NCBI RefSeq assembly: GCF_023700005.1
Contig: NZ_JAMLJK010000006.1
Location: forward strand, 1 to 24,000
Length of the DNA: 24,000 bases
Source of the DNA: Larsenimonas rhizosphaerae
GTDB taxonomy: Bacteria > Pseudomonadota > Gammaproteobacteria > Pseudomonadales > Halomonadaceae
Reading direction: 5' to 3'
In this document: in pieces, positions 20,257 through 24,000 of the stretch
Layout of the letters: each line of letters starts with the position of its first letter
Position numbering within the stretch: position 1 is the first letter of the stretch
Program-made: the position numbers and the translations under genes
Notes under the pieces: generated by a model
What the model saw: only the letters and a program-made list of their open reading frames with translations
What the model was told of the DNA's origin: nothing
Databases searched by the model: none

Positions 20257-23200
20257 ATGAAAGATTTGGTCAAAGTTCTCAAATCGCAGGCACAGTCCGA
20301 CGAATTTGATGCCATAAAAATTACGCTGGCGTCACCGGACATGATTCGCTCGTGGTCCTACGGCGAAGTCAAAAAGCCCGAAACCATTAACTACAGGACC
20401 TTCAAGCCCGAGCGCGATGGCCTGTTCTGTGCCAAGATTTTCGGCCCTGTAAAGGATTACGAGTGCCTCTGCGGCAAGTACAAGCGCATGAAGCACCGTG
20501 GCATCATTTGTGAAAAATGTGGTGTCGAAGTTACCAAGGCCGCGGTTCGCCGCGAGCGTATGGGCCATATTGAACTGGCTAGCCCTGTCGCACATATCTG
20601 GTTTTTGAAGTCGCTGCCGTCTCGTATCGGCATGCTACTCGACATGACCCTGCGTGATATCGAACGTGTTCTTTACTTCGAGTCCTTTGTCGTCATTGAT
20701 CCAGGCATGACAACGCTTGAGCGCGGTCAGCTTCTTAACGATGAGCAGTATTTCGAGGCTCTCGAAGAATTTGGCGACGATTTCGATGCTCGTATGGGTG
20801 CCGAGGCAGTGCAGGCGCTTCTGTCCGACATCGAGCTGGACGAAGAAGTGGAGCAGCTGCGTGAAGAAATTCCGCAGACCAACTCCGAAACCAAGATCAA
20901 GAAGCTTTCCAAGCGTTTGAAGCTGATGGAAGCCTTCCAGAAATCCGGTAACAAGCCGGGCTGGATGATCATGGAAGTGCTGCCGGTGCTGCCGCCGGAT
21001 CTGCGTCCGCTGGTGCCGCTGGATGGCGGTCGTTTTGCGACGTCTGATCTGAACGACCTTTATCGTCGCGTGATCAACCGTAATAACCGTCTGAAGCGTC
21101 TGCTCGACCTCAATGCGCCGGATATCATCGTGCGCAACGAGAAGCGCATGCTTCAGGAGTCTGTGGATGCGCTGCTGGACAACGGCCGTCGTGGTCGTGC
21201 CATTACCGGTTCCAACAAGCGTCCTCTGAAATCCCTTGCCGACATGATCAAGGGTAAACAGGGTCGTTTCCGTCAAAACCTGTTGGGCAAGCGCGTTGAC
21301 TACTCTGGCCGTTCCGTTATCACGGTTGGTCCGCAGTTGCGTCTGCATCAGTGTGGTCTGCCGAAGAAAATGGCACTTGAGCTGTTCAAGCCTTTCATCT
21401 ATTCCAAGCTGCAGTCGCTGGGCCATGCGTCCACGATCAAGGCTGCGAAGAAGATGGTTGAGCGTGAAGTGCCCGAGGTCTGGGATATCCTGGCCGATGT
21501 CATTCGTGAGCATCCGGTTATGCTTAACCGTGCGCCGACGCTGCACCGGTTGGGTATCCAGGCCTTCGAGCCGCTTCTGATCGAAGGCAAGGCGATTCAG
21601 CTGCACCCGCTGGTGTGTGCGGCTTACAACGCTGACTTTGATGGTGACCAGATGGCTGTTCACGTACCGTTGACGCTGGAAGCCCAGCTGGAAGCGCGTA
21701 CGCTGATGATGTCGACCAATAACGTGCTGTCACCTGCCAATGGTGAGCCGATTATCGTCCCGTCTCAGGACGTGGTGCTTGGCCTTTACTACATGACGCG
21801 CGAAAAAATCGCCGCCAGGGGTGAAGGTATGGTATTTGCCAACCTGAATGAGCTTGAGCGCGCATTCGGTACGCAAAGCGTTGAGCTGCATGCCCGCGTC
21901 AAGGTGCGCTTGACCGAGTGGCTGGCCGAAGAGGACGGTGGCGAGTTCCTGCCGGTAACTTCCATCAAGGAAACCACGGTCGGTCGAGCGCTGCTGTTCC
22001 GAATTCTGCCGAAGGGACTGTCCTTCGAACTGGTCAATCGCCCGATGAAGAAAAAGGCGATTTCCCAGTTGATCAACTCGGGCTACCGCCAGGTAGGCCT
22101 GAAGGAAACGGTCATCTTTGCTGACCAGTTGATGTATACCGGCTTCCGCCTCGCGACCTGGTCTGGTGCATCCATCGGTGTCAATGATTTCGTTATTCCC
22201 GATTCCAAGAAGGCGATCATTGAAGCTGCCGAGGAAGAGGTCAAGGAAATCGAGGCGCAGTTCTCCTCCGGTCTGGTAACTGCCGGCGAGAAGTACAACA
22301 AGGTCATCGATATCTGGTCCAAGGCCAACGACAAGGTGGCCAAGGCGATGATGACGGGTATTTCCAAGGAAACCGTGACAGATCGCGAAGGAAACGAGGT
22401 TGAGCAGGATTCCTTCAACAGTGTCTTCATCATGGCCGATTCCGGTGCACGTGGTAGTGCTGCCCAGATTCGTCAGTTGGCGGGTATGCGTGGTCTGATG
22501 GCGAAGCCGGATGGCTCCATCATCGAAACGCCGATCACTGCCAACTTCCGTGAAGGTCTGAACGTACTTCAGTACTTCATCTCGACGCACGGGGCTCGTA
22601 AGGGTCTTGCGGATACCGCACTGAAAACGGCCAACTCCGGTTATCTGACACGCCGTCTGGTAGACGTGGCACAGGATCTGGTCATTACCGAGCATGATTG
22701 CGGCACGGAAGATGGCGTAACGCTGCACCCGGTAATCGAGGGTGGTGACATCATCGTTTCTCTGGCGCAGCGTGTGCTGGGTCGTGTCGTGGCGCAGGAT
22801 GTTGTTGATCCCAAAAGCCAGGATGTGCTGATCCCTCGCGGTACGCTGCTGGACGAAGCATGGTGCAGTAACCTGGAAACCATGGGTGTGGACGAGATTG
22901 TTGTCCGCAGTACCATCAACTGTAATACCCGTCACGGCGTGTGCTCCAACTGCTACGGACGTGATCTGGCGCGTGGCCATCTGGTGAACGTGGGCGAGGC
23001 GGTTGGTGTTATTGCAGCCCAGTCCATCGGTGAGCCGGGTACCCAGCTGACGATGCGTACGTTCCACATCGGTGGTGCCGCTTCACGGGCGTCCGCGGTC
23101 GACAGTGTTCAGGTCAAGCACGGTGGCAGTGTCCGCCTGCACAACATCAAGTCGGTTGAGCGTGCTGATGGCAAGCTGATCGTGGTATCGCGCTCCAGTG

Positions 23201-24000
23201 CTCTGGCCGTCGCCGATGACCATGGTCGTGAGCGTGAGTACTACAAGCTGCCTTATGGTGCCGAGCTTTCCGTCAAGGATTACGACCCGGTCGAGCCTGG
23301 TCAGATCGTTGCCAAGTGGGATCCGCACACCCACCCGATTATCGCGGAAGTAGCCGGACGGGTGCAGTTCACGGACATGGAAGAAGGCCTGACCATGAAC
23401 CGCACGGTGGATGAGATGACGGGGCTCTCCTCGATCGAGATAATCGAAAGCGGAAACCGTCCAGCAGCAGGTCGGGACAAGCGTCCAATGATCATGCTGC
23501 AGGACGCAGCGGGTGAGTCCATTTCCTTGCCAGGCTCGAATACGCCGGTTCAGTACCTGCTGCCGGGTAATGCAATCGTATCGGTGGATAACAACGCACC
23601 TATCGATGTCGGCGAAGTTGTTGCCCGTATTCCGGTTGAGGCGTCCGGTAACAAGGACATCACCGGTGGTCTGCCGCGTGTAGCGGACCTTTTCGAAGCG
23701 CGTAAGCCGAAAGAGCCGGCCATTCTGGCGGAGATTTCCGGTACCGTTACCTTCGGCAAGGAGACCAAGGGCAAGCGTCGCTTGATGATCACACCTTCCG
23801 AAGGCGATGCCTTTGAGATGCTGATTCCGAAGTGGCGTCAGATCAGCGTCTTCGAGGGCGAGACGGTCGAGAAGGGCGAGGTTATTTCCGATGGTCCAAG
23901 CAACTCGCATGATATTCTGCGCCTGCTGGGGGTCGAGGAGCTCGCCAAGTATATTACGGTCGAGATTCAGGACGTTTATCGTCTGCAGGGTGTTGGCATC
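20257..24000 (+). CDS. rpoC: DNA-directed RNA polymerase subunit beta' (5' partial; continues past the window end)
   Basis: ATG at 20257, then [13 protein letters not shown]..., the Zn-finger [23 protein letters not shown], and the catalytic motif [12 protein letters not shown] encoded at about 21631-21666. The frame stays open for 1248 codons to position 24000. It is missing from the ORF track only because no stop codon lies in the window. Confidence 0.98.
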   Translation, partial: MKDLVKVLKSQAQSDEFDAIKITLASPDMIRSWSYGEVKKPETINYRTFKPERDGLFCAKIFGPVKDYECLCGKYKRMKHRGIICEKCGVEVTKAAVRRERMGHIELASPVAHIWFLKSLPSRIGMLLDMTLRDIERVLYFESFVVIDPGMTTLERGQLLNDEQYFEALEEFGDDFDARMGAEAVQALLSDIELDEEVEQLREEIPQTNSETKIKKLSKRLKLMEAFQKSGNKPGWMIMEVLPVLPPDLRPLVPLDGGRFATSDLNDLYRRVINRNNRLKRLLDLNAPDIIVRNEKRMLQESVDALLDNGRRGRAITGSNKRPLKSLADMIKGKQGRFRQNLLGKRVDYSGRSVITVGPQLRLHQCGLPKKMALELFKPFIYSKLQSLGHASTIKAAKKMVEREVPEVWDILADVIREHPVMLNRAPTLHRLGIQAFEPLLIEGKAIQLHPLVCAAYNADFDGDQMAVHVPLTLEAQLEARTLMMSTNNVLSPANGEPIIVPSQDVVLGLYYMTREKIAARGEGMVFANLNELERAFGTQSVELHARVKVRLTEWLAEEDGGEFLPVTSIKETTVGRALLFRILPKGLSFELVNRPMKKKAISQLINSGYRQVGLKETVIFADQLMYTGFRLATWSGASIGVNDFVIPDSKKAIIEAAEEEVKEIEAQFSSGLVTAGEKYNKVIDIWSKANDKVAKAMMTGISKETVTDREGNEVEQDSFNSVFIMADSGARGSAAQIRQLAGMRGLMAKPDGSIIETPITANFREGLNVLQYFISTHGARKGLADTALKTANSGYLTRRLVDVAQDLVITEHDCGTEDGVTLHPVIEGGDIIVSLAQRVLGRVVAQDVVDPKSQDVLIPRGTLLDEAWCSNLETMGVDEIVVRSTINCNTRHGVCSNCYGRDLARGHLVNVGEAVGVIAAQSIGEPGTQLTMRTFHIGGAASRASAVDSVQVKHGGSVRLHNIKSVERADGKLIVVSRSSALAVADDHGREREYYKLPYGAELSVKDYDPVEPGQIVAKWDPHTHPIIAEVAGRVQFTDMEEGLTMNRTVDEMTGLSSIEIIESGNRPAAGRDKRPMIMLQDAAGESISLPGSNTPVQYLLPGNAIVSVDNNAPIDVGEVVARIPVEASGNKDITGGLPRVADLFEARKPKEPAILAEISGTVTFGKETKGKRRLMITPSEGDAFEMLIPKWRQISVFEGETVEKGEVISDGPSNSHDILRLLGVEELAKYITVEIQDVYRLQGVGI

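Noticed and set aside
20635-23910. Long minus-strand ORFs inside rpoC (20635-21663, 342 aa; 21730-23067, 445 aa; 23083-23910, 275 aa).
   Set aside because: All are in exact codon register with rpoC (coordinates = 1 mod 3). They are shadow frames interrupted only where rpoC uses TTA, CTA or TCA. Their composition is typical of reverse-complement translation, and the sense frame is unmistakably RpoC.

Overview
This is a core-genome window from a gammaproteobacterium. Gene order and protein sequences resemble the Pseudomonas/Halomonadaceae-type rrn-birA-coaX-tRNA-secE-nusG-rplKAJL-rpoBC region; I cannot name the species.

Content, left to right:
- 3' end of a 5S rRNA with its terminator.
- A roughly 260-bp spacer bounded by terminator-like hairpins, containing a perfect (TTCCTGC)x15 microsatellite.
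- A YajR-like MFS transporter on the minus strand.
- A 664-bp divergent spacer.
- cyoABCDE (cytochrome bo3 quinol oxidase plus heme O synthase).
- cydAB of the short, CIO-like type.
- birA-coaX with an ATGA overlap.
- A stringent-type promoter driving tRNA-Tyr(GTA), tRNA-Gly(TCC) and tRNA-Thr(GGT), then tRNA-Trp(CCA).
- secE-nusG, rplK-rplA, rplJ-rplL, an attenuator, and rpoB.
- The first 1248 codons of rpoC. It is absent from the ORF track only because it has no stop codon inside the window.

I see no mobile element, CRISPR array, defence system, toxin-antitoxin pair or biosynthetic cluster. Most of the window is ordinary, highly conserved housekeeping DNA, and I do not claim a new system.

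The one piece of structure that annotation does not explain is the heptamer array at 194-298. Read on the minus strand it gives 15 tandem CAGGAAG motifs, which fit the CsrA/RsmA-binding consensus, followed by a minus-strand-specific hairpin and U-run. This is a speculative sponge-sRNA candidate.

Secondary observations:
- No tufB between tRNA-Thr and tRNA-Trp.
- About 10 kb (yajR-like gene, cyo, cyd) sits between the rrn operon and birA.
- A duplicated promoter-like motif and a minus-strand terminator-like hairpin lie upstream of cyoA.
- An inverted repeat lies upstream of cydA.
- A 1269-codon stop-free antisense frame runs across rpoB; it is most likely a codon-bias shadow.
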